Below, piece after piece: positions 17,561-26,922 of a stretch of 44,698 nt of DNA. Both the position numbers and the translations under genes were made by a program. The first letter of the stretch is position 1. Every line of letters begins with the position of its first letter. Below the pieces are notes generated by a model. That model ran no database searches. It saw only the letters and a program-made list of their open reading frames with translations, and was not told where the DNA came from. The stretch comes from Shigella phage 1b, in sequence record OR420686; one strand, given 5' to 3'.

Positions 17561-17577
17561 CGGGCGCACATCCCAAA

Positions 17578-17603
17578 TGGGCGGGCTTATGCCCGCCTTT
17601 TTT
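17578..17603 (+). terminator. rho-independent terminator
   Basis: ggcgggcttatgcccgcc followed by TTTTTT. Confidence 0.65.
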
Positions 17604-17618
17604 ATAGGAGTGAATGAA

Positions 17619-18119
17619 ATGTATGGCGACCCGCAAACATTTGTCGATTATGCCGCGGCGCGAGGAGTTGAAGTCACGCTGAGCGATGCAACGCGACACC
17701 TTACCGTAGTTAATGACTTCCTCAACGGCATCACCTGGATCGGCGAACAAGCGGACCAGACAGGAATCGACGCATGGCCCCGCATCAACTACCTATCGGA
17801 CGGTAAGCCGGTACTGAACACGCTTACTGAAGATTTGGCAGTAGTCCCCGCTGGGCAGATTGTAGATTTCGCATCAATCCCCGTTGCCGTTGAACAAGCC
17901 GTTTACCGGCTGGCAATGCTGGTGGCTGACGATGTCGATATTTCTCCGATCGGCGATGGAAAGGAGACTATCCGCGAAACGGTAGGCCCGATCACGATGG
18001 AGTATGACGCCGCGTCGATTGGTAGCGGGGTGTCTTTCCCGTGGTGGGATGGTCTGCTGGGCTACTGGGTGAACACAGACGGCAACGCCGCCGGTAACTT
18101 TGACGTGTACAGGGGCTAA
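17619..18119 (+). CDS. head-tail connector/head completion protein, putative (166 aa)
   Basis: Track ORF trimmed to the ATG at 17619 (AGGAG RBS); position between capsid and tail genes. Confidence 0.4.
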   Translation: MYGDPQTFVDYAAARGVEVTLSDATRHLTVVNDFLNGITWIGEQADQTGIDAWPRINYLSDGKPVLNTLTEDLAVVPAGQIVDFASIPVAVEQAVYRLAMLVADDVDISPIGDGKETIRETVGPITMEYDAASIGSGVSFPWWDGLLGYWVNTDGNAAGNFDVYRG

Positions 18120-18220
18120 TATGAATCCGGCATTACTCGCGGCTATTATCGCCGCAAACACCAAACAGCCACCGGAACCGGAGCCGGAACCAGTACCACC
18201 GGCACAGGAGAGTGAAGAAG

Positions 18221-18574
18221 ATGGCGGGCTTTAATTACGCAGGATTAAAGCGGAAAGTGAATCTGCTGATTAAAAAATTCGGCATGACCGTTACGGTTAC
18301 GCGTCCGGGATCGGTCGACCGTGTAGACGGCGACGAAGTGGTAATCCCGCCAACGTCGTTTGACGTTATAGGGCTTCGCGAGGAGTACAAGCCTAGCGAG
18401 ATCGACGGGACGCGTATCGTTGCCGGGGATGTGAAGTTTTTGTGCCAGGCCGTCAAGCCGGTGAAGGTAGGGGATTTGGTCCGCCTGAACGGCACTGACT
18501 ACAGGGTCATCAACCCTAACCCACTGCAACCGGCGGGCACTACCATGCTGTTTCAACTACAGCTAAGGGGCTAA
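18221..18574 (+). CDS. hypothetical structural protein (117 aa)
   Basis: Track ORF trimmed to MAGFNYAG; position in the head-tail joining region. Confidence 0.4.
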   Translation: MAGFNYAGLKRKVNLLIKKFGMTVTVTRPGSVDRVDGDEVVIPPTSFDVIGLREEYKPSEIDGTRIVAGDVKFLCQAVKPVKVGDLVRLNGTDYRVINPNPLQPAGTTMLFQLQLRG

Positions 18575-18575
18575 T

Positions 18576-19169
18576 GTGGCTGAAGTCTACTCATTCGCCG
18601 CCACTATTGCTACATGGGTGGATAAGACGAAGGAGAACAACGATAAGGCGGTGCGGGCGTACGGGATGCAAATACTCGGACGCCTAATCGAGATCTCCCC
18701 GGTGGGCGACCCTCGCCGGTGGAAAATTAACAGGGCTTACGCGCTGGCCCGCCAGCACGCGAACAAGGTGAACGCCGCGCAGCGTCGCAAGAATGGCGGC
18801 AAACTGAAGCGCGGGCAGAAAAAGCACGCCAGCGTGCTGGTGTCATTCAAGACTAAAAACGGCAACGTCACGTTCCGCCAGCGTGGCTGGGCTGCGAAGA
18901 ATTACACCGGCGGACGCTTCCGGGGAAACTGGCAGGTGACGTTCGACCGCCCGGCTGTTGGCGCTATTGACCGCGTGGACAAGGCCGGAACGGCAACATT
19001 AGCCGCTGGGCGTGAAGTGTTGGCGCACTATGATTCGAGTGAATACGGGTCGATCTGGTTTACTAACAACGTGCCATACGCGCAGCGACTTGAGTATGGC
19101 TGGAGTAAACAAGCGCCAGCGGGGATTGTTCGCGTCGTAGCGGCAGAAATTAATTCGAAGGTGAAATAA
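18576..19169 (+). CDS. hypothetical structural protein (197 aa), possible head-tail joining protein
   Basis: GTG start with AAGGGG RBS; position. Confidence 0.4.
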   Translation: MAEVYSFAATIATWVDKTKENNDKAVRAYGMQILGRLIEISPVGDPRRWKINRAYALARQHANKVNAAQRRKNGGKLKRGQKKHASVLVSFKTKNGNVTFRQRGWAAKNYTGGRFRGNWQVTFDRPAVGAIDRVDKAGTATLAAGREVLAHYDSSEYGSIWFTNNVPYAQRLEYGWSKQAPAGIVRVVAAEINSKVK

Positions 19170-19591
19170 TGAGCAATACCGCAATCCGCAAAGCGCTTAA
19201 CAGCGTGGTTGAAGAGTTATCGGCAAGCCTGAGCACAAGCCAGCGTCCGATTAGGGTTAACTGGGAGAACGTGAGCGGCGACCACGCAAACGGCAGCGGT
19301 GTCTACCTGGAGCCGTACCTGCTTCCGGCACCGACCCAGTTTGTGGGCTTCCAGCAGAAGGGCCGGATCTATGCAGGCGTGTATCAGGTCGCCGTGGTAT
19401 TTCCTGCTGGTACGGGCACACAGTATGCGAGTGAACTGGCGGACGCCATTGCGACGTCTGACAAGTGGCAGGCCGTAAGGCTTACCGGCGCTGCATTCCA
19501 GCTTCAGGACGCGCCATACACCAGTTCGGTGATTGAGGATGTTGACCGCGCCCGCATCGTGGTTACAGTGCCCTATTCCTGTTGTGCCTGA
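19169..19591 (+). CDS. hypothetical structural protein (140 aa), possible tail terminator/completion protein
   Basis: Immediately upstream of the major tail protein gene. Confidence 0.4.
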   Translation: MSNTAIRKALNSVVEELSASLSTSQRPIRVNWENVSGDHANGSGVYLEPYLLPAPTQFVGFQQKGRIYAGVYQVAVVFPAGTGTQYASELADAIATSDKWQAVRLTGAAFQLQDAPYTSSVIEDVDRARIVVTVPYSCCA

Positions 19592-19652
19592 TTTGGCGCA
19601 ATTCTGCGCGTGCTGTATCATTAAACCGTATATCTAAACAGGAGCGTTCATT

Positions 19653-20378
19653 ATGGGTTATCAACTTCCCAACGGGTCCAGCGTCCAGATTGGGTCCGTA
19701 TTAGGCAGCGGCATCGCTGTTACGGCAGCTACCAACGCCGCCGCGTCGATCTCCGACCTTACGCAAGGTTGCGTAATTACCTGTGCGGCTTCGCATGGCT
19801 TGGTTGTTGGCGACGTTGTTATGTTCACTAAAACCCCGTGGGTCCGAGCGCTTAACCGCGCATTCATCGTGGGTAAAGTATCCGAGAACGACGTTACGCT
19901 GGCGCGCTTCGACACCTCGGACGCCACCAAATACCCGACCGGTGCTTTCGGCGCAGGCACACCAGGCGAAGTGGTGAAGGTGTCGAATTTTATCGATTTC
20001 CCGTTTATCACTAACGTCGCCGTGTCTGGTGGCGACCAGCAGACCACCACTTTCCAGCCGTTGCAGGTGAATACCGCGATCAGTCTGAACACCACGAAAA
20101 ACCCGTTGGTACAGACCTACACTTTCACCCACGACGAAGAAGACCCGATCCGCCCAATCCTGGAAGACCTGGACGACACACAGAAAACCACTGTGATTAA
20201 GTTCACTAACCCGGCAGCGGCAAGCGGCAAAGGTGAAATCCGTATTTACCCGGCTAAGGTGTCTTTCCGCAAGATTCCGTCGGCTGAAGTAAACAACGTG
20301 GAGACGGTGGAGTCCACCCTCACTATGCAGTCCGATATGGTTATCTACCGTAAGGATCTTGTCGAGGCATTGTCTTGA
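19653..20378 (+). CDS. major tail protein, putative
   Basis: 241 aa; strong AGGAG RBS; terminator downstream; precedes the chaperone and tape measure genes. Confidence 0.6.
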   Translation: MGYQLPNGSSVQIGSVLGSGIAVTAATNAAASISDLTQGCVITCAASHGLVVGDVVMFTKTPWVRALNRAFIVGKVSENDVTLARFDTSDATKYPTGAFGAGTPGEVVKVSNFIDFPFITNVAVSGGDQQTTTFQPLQVNTAISLNTTKNPLVQTYTFTHDEEDPIRPILEDLDDTQKTTVIKFTNPAAASGKGEIRIYPAKVSFRKIPSAEVNNVETVESTLTMQSDMVIYRKDLVEALS

Positions 20379-20408
20379 TTTGGTCGCTTAAATAGCGAGT
20401 GATAATAT

Positions 20409-20432
20409 GGGGCCAGCACGGCCCCTTTTTAT
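20409..20432 (+). terminator. rho-independent terminator
   Basis: ggggccagcacggcccc followed by TTTTT. Confidence 0.65.
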
Positions 20433-20446
20433 TGGAGAATTACATA

Positions 20447-20809
20447 ATGGCTAAATCACCACTCTTCACACTTGACCCTAAACCGACCTTTAAGCTGCCG
20501 ATTGAGATCCCGCGCCCTGGAGAAAACGAACCGGGCAAAATGACGTTTACCGTCCGTCACCGCCCGATCGACGAATTTTCGCAGACCATGCAGGACACTG
20601 AACGCAAGCTGTCGGAATATGACGACAACGACCCGGAAGGCTTTAACGTTATGGTCGAGGCCATCATGCACGTCGCTGAAGGCTGGAATCTGCCAGATGA
20701 ATTTAACGCGGAGAACGTCCGCCGCCTGGTGGTTAACTACCCTCGCGCGTTCGGTGTGTTCCACACGTCGTACTATCTCGAACTGATGGGACTGCGTGAA
20801 AAAAACTAA
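20447..20809 (+). CDS. tail assembly chaperone (G-like)
   Basis: Small acidic protein between the major tail and tape measure genes; ends at the slippery heptamer A_AAA_AAC. Confidence 0.6.
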   Translation: MAKSPLFTLDPKPTFKLPIEIPRPGENEPGKMTFTVRHRPIDEFSQTMQDTERKLSEYDDNDPEGFNVMVEAIMHVAEGWNLPDEFNAENVRRLVVNYPRAFGVFHTSYYLELMGLREKN

Positions 20810-21126
20810 TTGAGGCGGCGCGACGCTTTTATGGCCCGCCGCCACCCTCCGAAGATTTAGCCGCAAGTTTATGGGGTGCGGCCCCCGAAGATGTTTGCCC
20901 GCCGGTTGCGCTATGGCCCGACAACGCGAAGATCGTCGCAGTCTTCACAGATTGCGCCACGCAATGGCGCACCGGATTCGGTGGCGCATACGGCATCGAC
21001 TACGGTGTTCTGGAATGGCTATTTAAGATGCACGGCATCGAAAACGCGCAACGTGCGTTTAAAGATATCAAGCTAATGGAACGAATCGCGCTTGATGAAA
21101 TGGCGCAGCAGAACCACGCACAGTGA
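20447..21126 (+). CDS. tail assembly chaperone frameshift product (GT-like), via programmed -1 frameshift near 20800-20806
   Basis: Slippery A_AAA_AAC in the zero frame at the last codons of the G-like ORF; the -1 frame is open for about 107 codons to the TGA at 21124-21126 and encodes a T-domain-like sequence (LWPDNAKIVAVFTDCATQWRTGFGGAYGIDYGVLEWLF...). Confidence 0.55.
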
Positions 21127-21127
21127 A

Positions 21128-21386
21128 GCGGGACAAAACGGGACGTCCCGCTTTGTCCCGCCTCTGTAAAACTGCATATCTAATCACTTCCATTGCATAA
21201 ACCAAAAGCGGGACAGGCGGGACGTCCCGTTTTGTCCCACCCCATAAATGTGCATATCTATTCGCATTTCGTGCATAAAACAAACGGGACAAAAAGCGGG
21301 ACAGACCGGGGGCGGGACAAAGCGGGACAGCACCCCGTCCCCGCCAGTGCTGCCGCTGGTTTCAGCCGATCGGGACAGGCGGGACA
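21128..21386. repeat. iteron-like array of GCGGGACA/CGGGACA repeats (about 10 copies, including two ~34-bp palindromic units centred on GGGACGTCCC)
   Basis: Palindromes at about 21128-21162 and 21208-21240; direct copies at about 21284, 21294, 21312, 21322, 21371, 21379. Confidence 0.75.
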
Positions 21387-21389
21387 AAG

Positions 21390-21446
21390 CCCAGTCTTTC
21401 AGACTAGACGGGGGTCAATGGCCCCCCTCGTCTGAGACTGCATAAT
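21390..21446. repeat. GC-rich stem-loop element ending in ctgcataa, copy B
   Basis: cagtctttcagactagacggggg-tcaatgg-cccccctcgtctgagactgcataa; near-identical to 4104-4160. Confidence 0.7.
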
Positions 21447-21508
21447 GTTTGTTTTAAATTCGCTGATACAATGAACGACGGCAACTGCATAAAAAGGGGG
21501 ACTGCATA

Positions 21509-24151
21509 ATGGCAGATCAGGCAGCGGGCATCACGCTCAAGGCGGACGTCGCGCAAATTAAAACGGCTAATACTGTGCTGGACACATTTGCGCAGAAATC
21601 CGAGAACACAGAACAGAAAGTAAAGAAATTAAACGACACACTCGGCAAGTCGAAAAAGGTTACTGGCGACGCCGCGGGCGGAATGGAAAAATTAGCGACT
21701 GAATCGCAGCGCGCCGCCGACGGCATGACGAAGCAAGAGCGACTAGCCAGCCGATTAGGCATGTCTACCAAAAACCTGGGATTCGCATCGCGGAACGCGG
21801 CATTCCAGTTACAGGATATCGCGGTTACGCTTGAGATGGGTATGCCGGTGCACCGCGTTATGCTTCAGCAGTTACCACAGCTTACTGGGGCGTTCGGTGG
21901 ATTTGGTAACACGCTGCGTTATGTTGCGGGCTTCCTCGGTCCGGTAGGGATCGGCATTGCAGCACTAACGGCAACGTTAGGCGTAGGAGTGGCGGTTACG
22001 TCCCGTGCCGAAAACCAGGTAGCAGCGCTTAACAAGACGCTGGCGCTGTCGGGTAACATTTCCGGACTCACAGCAAACCAGATCCTGGTGCTATCCGAGA
22101 ACGCCGAGCGCATGGGCGGGTCATTCCGCAAGACGCGTGACACAATCCAGGCGCTGGCGGCGGCGGGTGTGAAAGCTGGTGCTGACTTCGGCGCGCTGGC
22201 GAAGGTAGTTAATGACTTTGCGAAGGCGTCTAATCAGCCGATTTCGGACGTGGTTGAATCAATCTCAAAATTGTCGAACGACCCGGTCGGCGGACTGCGT
22301 GCGCTGGCGGATAAGTATCATGTCGTGACCGAAGCGCAGATCCAGCAGGTGCAATCGCTTGTAAATATGGGGCGTGAAACGGACGCGGTGGCGCTGGCTA
22401 ACAAAACCGCCGCTGCGTCGTTTACCACTATGACCAACGATATTAAGTCCAACATGGGTACGCTTGAACGGTCGATGAACGTCGTCACATCGGCAGCTAA
22501 ATCTATGTGGGATGCCATCCTGGATGTTGGGCGCGCGCAGTCCTCGAATGATTCCGAGATGAAAGCGCGTGAGTCCTTGCAGCGCATGACCACGGCTTAC
22601 TATGCCGAGATGAAAGCGGTAAACGCTGCCGGTGGGGTGATGACCGAAGCGCAGAAAGCGCGTATTAACATGCTTTACAGCGAACTGGTCGCCCAGGAGA
22701 AGGTGGTGGCGTCGCTTACTCTGCGCAACCGTGCCGAGCGAGACAACGCAAGTGCCGCTGACGAAGCAGCAAAGGCGAACGAGGAGGCCAACCGCACCGC
22801 CCGCGACCGCGCCGCGTTTGAGAAGGAGTACGCAACCAACGCTAAGCGGCGAGCCGACGAGATCGCCCGCCTCAATTTGCTGAATAAGCGCGGTGTTATT
22901 AACGAGAAAGAACTAGCCGAGGCGGTGAAGCAGGTCAACGAACGCTACAAAGACCCCGCCCCCAAAAAGGCGGCGGCAGTTCGCGTCGATGCCGGTGTCA
23001 AAATGCTGGAGGTCGCACGGAGTGAACTGGCCCAGCTTAAAGCGTCCGGAAAGCAAATCGAGTCAAACTCCGCAACACAGACCCGAGCGCAACGCGCTCA
23101 ATCAGCCCTTAACAAGCTGATCGCGGATCATGAACAGTTAATCGCAGCGAGCAAAGAAAGGGCGCTTACGGCGGCAGAAAAGCAGCAAATGGCGGAGTTC
23201 GAGTCGGTTAAATCTGTACGCGAGCAGATCGTAGAAGAAGCCAAATTGCTGGACGCGAAAGAGAAGCAGATCAAGGCACACGCCCAGGTCGAGGCCTTCA
23301 TCAAGAACCAGAACGCCGAGCTAAAAGCCACCGCGGCGGGCTATGCGCTTTCTACTCGCGAAGCGGCTAACCTGCGCGAAGAATTGCAGCTAATTGACCG
23401 CCTTCAGCGTGCCGGTGCTAACGATACCGATATCGACAAGGCGGTGTCTAAGCTGCGTGAAGTTCAGGACGCACAGACCGGTGCTAACGCCTCATTATGG
23501 GATGGATTCAGTCGCGGGCTTCGCGATAGCGTTGATGAAATGGGTAACGGCTATACGCAGATGACGTCACTCACAAAATTCACGTTCGGCGCTATGCAGG
23601 ACACGATGACCGAGTTTTTCGAGACTGGCAAGCTGAACGCAAAGGATATGGTTAAATCCATCCTGAGCGAGTTAATCAAGTTGGCTACCTCGCAGGCATT
23701 CAAGTCCATCATTAGCGCTTTCGGCGGTGACGGCGGCAAAAACGGATTGTTCGGCGCTATCTTCTCCGGCCTCACTAAGAATGCGGACGGCGGAGCGTAC
23801 GCAGGAGGCAATCTCGCGGCCTATTCTGGGAAAGTGGTAAGCCAGCCAACCTTTTTCAGTTATGGTGTCCAGGCGTTCGCTAAGGGCGCAGGATTGATGG
23901 GGGAGGCTGGGCCTGAGGCCATCATGCCGCTGAAGCGCGGGCCAGACGGTAAACTGGGCGTTGCCGCTGCCGGAGGGGTCGGTGGGATGATTGTAACGAC
24001 CAACGTTAACATGGGGACCGGTAAGACGGATACCAGTGTTAGCGGACCGGACCCGCGCACCGCTCAGGCGTTCGGAAAGCAAATCACCGAGTCGGTCAAG
24101 GCCGAGATCGTGAAGGCGACGAAACCGGGTGGTGTACTTTACAAACGATGA
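21509..24151 (+). CDS. tail tape measure protein
   Basis: 880 aa; Ala/Gln/Lys-rich helical sequence with Gly-rich hydrophobic segments; canonical position after the chaperone genes. Confidence 0.8.
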   Translation: MADQAAGITLKADVAQIKTANTVLDTFAQKSENTEQKVKKLNDTLGKSKKVTGDAAGGMEKLATESQRAADGMTKQERLASRLGMSTKNLGFASRNAAFQLQDIAVTLEMGMPVHRVMLQQLPQLTGAFGGFGNTLRYVAGFLGPVGIGIAALTATLGVGVAVTSRAENQVAALNKTLALSGNISGLTANQILVLSENAERMGGSFRKTRDTIQALAAAGVKAGADFGALAKVVNDFAKASNQPISDVVESISKLSNDPVGGLRALADKYHVVTEAQIQQVQSLVNMGRETDAVALANKTAAASFTTMTNDIKSNMGTLERSMNVVTSAAKSMWDAILDVGRAQSSNDSEMKARESLQRMTTAYYAEMKAVNAAGGVMTEAQKARINMLYSELVAQEKVVASLTLRNRAERDNASAADEAAKANEEANRTARDRAAFEKEYATNAKRRADEIARLNLLNKRGVINEKELAEAVKQVNERYKDPAPKKAAAVRVDAGVKMLEVARSELAQLKASGKQIESNSATQTRAQRAQSALNKLIADHEQLIAASKERALTAAEKQQMAEFESVKSVREQIVEEAKLLDAKEKQIKAHAQVEAFIKNQNAELKATAAGYALSTREAANLREELQLIDRLQRAGANDTDIDKAVSKLREVQDAQTGANASLWDGFSRGLRDSVDEMGNGYTQMTSLTKFTFGAMQDTMTEFFETGKLNAKDMVKSILSELIKLATSQAFKSIISAFGGDGGKNGLFGAIFSGLTKNADGGAYAGGNLAAYSGKVVSQPTFFSYGVQAFAKGAGLMGEAGPEAIMPLKRGPDGKLGVAAAGGVGGMIVTTNVNMGTGKTDTSVSGPDPRTAQAFGKQITESVKAEIVKATKPGGVLYKR

Positions 24152-24186
24152 TAAAATGGCCCTCACTACAACGTGGGGGCTTTTTT

Positions 24187-24786
24187 ATGTCACAAGGTAC
24201 AATCACTCTAACGAACGGAAGTAAGACCGTCACGGGCGCGGGAACGGCGTTCCTGAGCGAGATCGGGAAGGTACGCGTATTTGCCCGCATCGACGGCAAC
24301 GACTATACCGGAAAAATCGCCGCATTCAACTCTAACACCGTCATCACCCTGGCGGATAACTGGGCCGGACCGACAAAAGCCGGTGCAGCTTATGATCTAA
24401 TCGAAGCGCACGACCCGCGATCAAACGAATGGCCCTATTACTGGCACATGCAATTGCAAGGCGGCGGAGACGTGCAGTTGGCTTTCCGGTCCGAGGAATT
24501 GCAGTTTGGTAACGGTTACGGTCAGAACATCGCGGACGGTCCGAACGCCGAAACGAAACAGTTCCCCGTGCAATTCATCGGACTGACTACTGACAAGTGG
24601 TGCAACCCTAAACTGGTTTACAACTTCCTTCGCGGGCACTTCGTCAAACCGTTTGTCGTCACCGCGCCGGATGGCGAAACAGGTTTATTCGTGGTCGAGC
24701 GTTCTAGCTTATCGTACACTGACAACGGGCACTACACGGCAACGGTATCCGCCACCCTTAAGACTGCTATTGGATTCGTAAGATGA
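24187..24786 (+). CDS. minor tail protein (lambda M-like) with a fibre-like N-terminal extension
   Basis: Track ORF trimmed to MSQGTITL; C-terminal part resembles lambda gpM (FGNGYGQ vs FGDGYSQ); N-terminal GTITLTNGSKTVTGAGTAF resembles the tail fibre N-terminus in this window. Confidence 0.55.
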   Translation: MSQGTITLTNGSKTVTGAGTAFLSEIGKVRVFARIDGNDYTGKIAAFNSNTVITLADNWAGPTKAGAAYDLIEAHDPRSNEWPYYWHMQLQGGGDVQLAFRSEELQFGNGYGQNIADGPNAETKQFPVQFIGLTTDKWCNPKLVYNFLRGHFVKPFVVTAPDGETGLFVVERSSLSYTDNGHYTATVSATLKTAIGFVR

Positions 24787-25571
24787 ATAAACTCTATCGT
24801 GAAGCGACGCGCTTTGACCCCTCTGGACGCGTTCGCCTGATTCACATTGACGCGCAGGACGTGGAACCCGGCGACGGCGCGATCGGCGCGGGCCACCACT
24901 ATTTTCATTACTGCTTCATCCCACACACTGCGGAGGATATTGCTGCCGCTGGCGGTGACGAGGATAAGCTAAAACCTAAATCAATCTTCTTCGGGGGGCA
25001 GGAGTTTGAATTCTGGCCCTTCGATCTGTCAGGCCTCAACTTTTCCACATCGACGGCAGCAGAACCGCAACTAACAATCGTCGATATTGGCGGCATAATA
25101 ACCCGGCTGTCGCTGAATCACGACCAGCTACTGGGCGCGAAGGTTGAAATAATCGACACATTCGCGAAGTTCCTGGATAACGGGTCGGACCCAGACCCGA
25201 CACAAAAACGTGTCCAGGAGTATTACATAGACTCACAGGTCGGACGCAATCCGGGCAAGCAAATCACCTTCGCATTATCCTCCCCCGCGGATATGGAAGG
25301 GCAGGTCGTTCCCCGTCGCCAGATCATGAACATGTGCGAATGGGCGCTAAATGGGAAGTATGCCAGTGGGGACGGTTGCACGTGGAACCTTGCACAGCCG
25401 GGCATCAAGTATTACGACGAGCGCGGAAACGAAGTCATCGCGATGAATATGGACCGATGTGGCGGCTGTTTGTCGGATTGCTATCTTCGTTTTGGACAGG
25501 GGCTTGCGGACCCAAAAGCGGCGGTGCTGGATTTCGGCGGTTTTCCAGGGTCAAAATTAATCAAGGGGTAA
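24783..25571 (+). CDS. minor tail protein (lambda L-like)
   Basis: Position after the M-like gene; C-terminal Cys cluster (CEW...GDGCTW...DRCGGCLSDC) consistent with the gpL iron-sulfur motif. Confidence 0.65.
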   Translation: MNKLYREATRFDPSGRVRLIHIDAQDVEPGDGAIGAGHHYFHYCFIPHTAEDIAAAGGDEDKLKPKSIFFGGQEFEFWPFDLSGLNFSTSTAAEPQLTIVDIGGIITRLSLNHDQLLGAKVEIIDTFAKFLDNGSDPDPTQKRVQEYYIDSQVGRNPGKQITFALSSPADMEGQVVPRRQIMNMCEWALNGKYASGDGCTWNLAQPGIKYYDERGNEVIAMNMDRCGGCLSDCYLRFGQGLADPKAAVLDFGGFPGSKLIKG

Positions 25572-25573
25572 CC

Positions 25574-26314
25574 ATGTTAACGAAAAAGGTTAAAAGCGAT
25601 ATCGCCGCGCACGTTGCGGCATGTCTGCCTGAAGAAGCCTGCGGCCTGGTTGTCATGGTGGGCCGCAAACAAGTATTTGTCCCGTGCATGAACGTATTTG
25701 AAGACCCGACCGGCGTGCGCTCGCGAAAGGACGCGTTTACAATTAGTGATATGGCCTGGATGGATGCCGAGGATATGGGCGACGTCGTGCGCGTAGTCCA
25801 CTCGCACCCAGGTCAGCGCGAGTTAACCCCGTCATTGGGCGACGTTAACGGATGCAACGGCAGCGGCGTTGTATGGACAATTACCAATGAGTATGGCGAC
25901 TTTATCGAGATCGACCCGGAAGACCCGCCGCTGGTAGGACGCCGATTTGTTCTCGGGGTTACTGACTGTTACGGCCTCATCATGGCCTGGCATAAAAAGC
26001 AGGGCGTGATTCTGCCAGACTTCCGCGTGCCGTACAACTGGTGGGAGACTGGCGAAAACCTGTATATGGACAATTGGTACGGTGCGGGCTTCAGGGAGTG
26101 TGAGGAGAATACGCCGGGGGCGATGGTCATCATGCAGATTAGCGCGCCGGTTCCTAACCATGCCGGGATATTCCTTCCAGGCAACCAACTACTACACCAT
26201 ATCTACGGCAGCCTGTCGAGCGTGATACCCTTCCGGTCGGGATTTTTCCGGGACAATGTGGTTAAATGGGTACGTCATAAAGACCTACCGGGGAATATAA
26301 CAGAATGGCAATGA
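25574..26314 (+). CDS. tail assembly protein (lambda K-like; MPN/JAMM plus NlpC/P60 domains)
   Basis: Track ORF trimmed to MLTKKV (AAGGGG RBS); HSHP motif typical of MPN/JAMM; Cys/His-containing C-terminal domain. Confidence 0.7.
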   Translation: MLTKKVKSDIAAHVAACLPEEACGLVVMVGRKQVFVPCMNVFEDPTGVRSRKDAFTISDMAWMDAEDMGDVVRVVHSHPGQRELTPSLGDVNGCNGSGVVWTITNEYGDFIEIDPEDPPLVGRRFVLGVTDCYGLIMAWHKKQGVILPDFRVPYNWWETGENLYMDNWYGAGFRECEENTPGAMVIMQISAPVPNHAGIFLPGNQLLHHIYGSLSSVIPFRSGFFRDNVVKWVRHKDLPGNITEWQ

Positions 26315-26922
26315 CCACATTTAAATTATACGGCGTTTTAGGACGTCGATTCGGTAAAGTGCATAAGCTGGACTGCTTCACACCGGGAGAGGGTATCACC
26401 GGCCTGTGCGTGAAGTTACCCGGCTTACAGGACTTTCTAATGTCGGCCCACCTGGACAACATAATGTTCAAGGTGCGCAAAGGCGACCACACGATGACCG
26501 GCTATGATGAGCTTGGCGAGTTCCACGGCAACCGCGTCGTCACCATCGCGCCGGTTATGACTGGCGCAAAAAGAGGGTTGGGGCAATTGCTGGCGGGTGT
26601 CGCGATCGTAGTGGCGTCGTTCTATACGGGCGGACTTGCTACTGCCGCTTTTGGAGCTTCGGCTGCGACCGCTGCCGCTATCGGTACGGCGACGTTTTCG
26701 TTCGGAATGTCGATGGCGCTGGGTGGCGTTATGCAATTGCTGTCGCCACAACCGAAAGGATTGCAGACAAGGCAGGATGTGGATAATAAGGCGTCTTATG
26801 CGTTCGGTGGCCCAGTAAACACGACCGCGCAAGGCACGGCACTTGGTGTATTATGGGGAGAGCGTGAGATCGGCGGCGCTATTATTTCAGCCGGAATCGT
26901 AACCGAGGATTTGAACGAATGA
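26305..26922 (+). CDS. tail assembly protein (lambda I-like)
   Basis: 205 aa with Gly/Ala-rich hydrophobic central region; lies between the K-like and J-like genes. Confidence 0.6.
   Translation: MAMTTFKLYGVLGRRFGKVHKLDCFTPGEGITGLCVKLPGLQDFLMSAHLDNIMFKVRKGDHTMTGYDELGEFHGNRVVTIAPVMTGAKRGLGQLLAGVAIVVASFYTGGLATAAFGASAATAAAIGTATFSFGMSMALGGVMQLLSPQPKGLQTRQDVDNKASYAFGGPVNTTAQGTALGVLWGEREIGGAIISAGIVTEDLNE

Noticed and set aside
16466-17569. 367-aa ORF on the minus strand, fully antisense to the major capsid gene
   Set aside because: Lies entirely opposite a strongly supported plus-strand gene, has no RBS and an Arg/Cys/His-rich composition typical of antisense reading of GC-rich coding DNA. The same reasoning applies to 2277..2906, 1382..1882, 31684..32373, 32052..32723, 34015..34953, 37668..38252, 40032..40568 and 41070..41840.
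20876-21076. GTG-initiated 66-aa ORF in the zero frame after the chaperone gene
   Set aside because: Product is Arg/Ser-rich and not protein-like, whereas the overlapping -1 frame gives a chaperone-extension-like sequence contiguous with the slippery site.
21193-21445. ORFs 21193..21435 and 21248..21445 (+) and 21184..21387 (-) between the tail chaperone and tape measure genes
   Set aside because: Same as above: reading frames through the GGGACA repeat array, giving low-complexity Gly/Arg/Pro/Ser products with no start signals.
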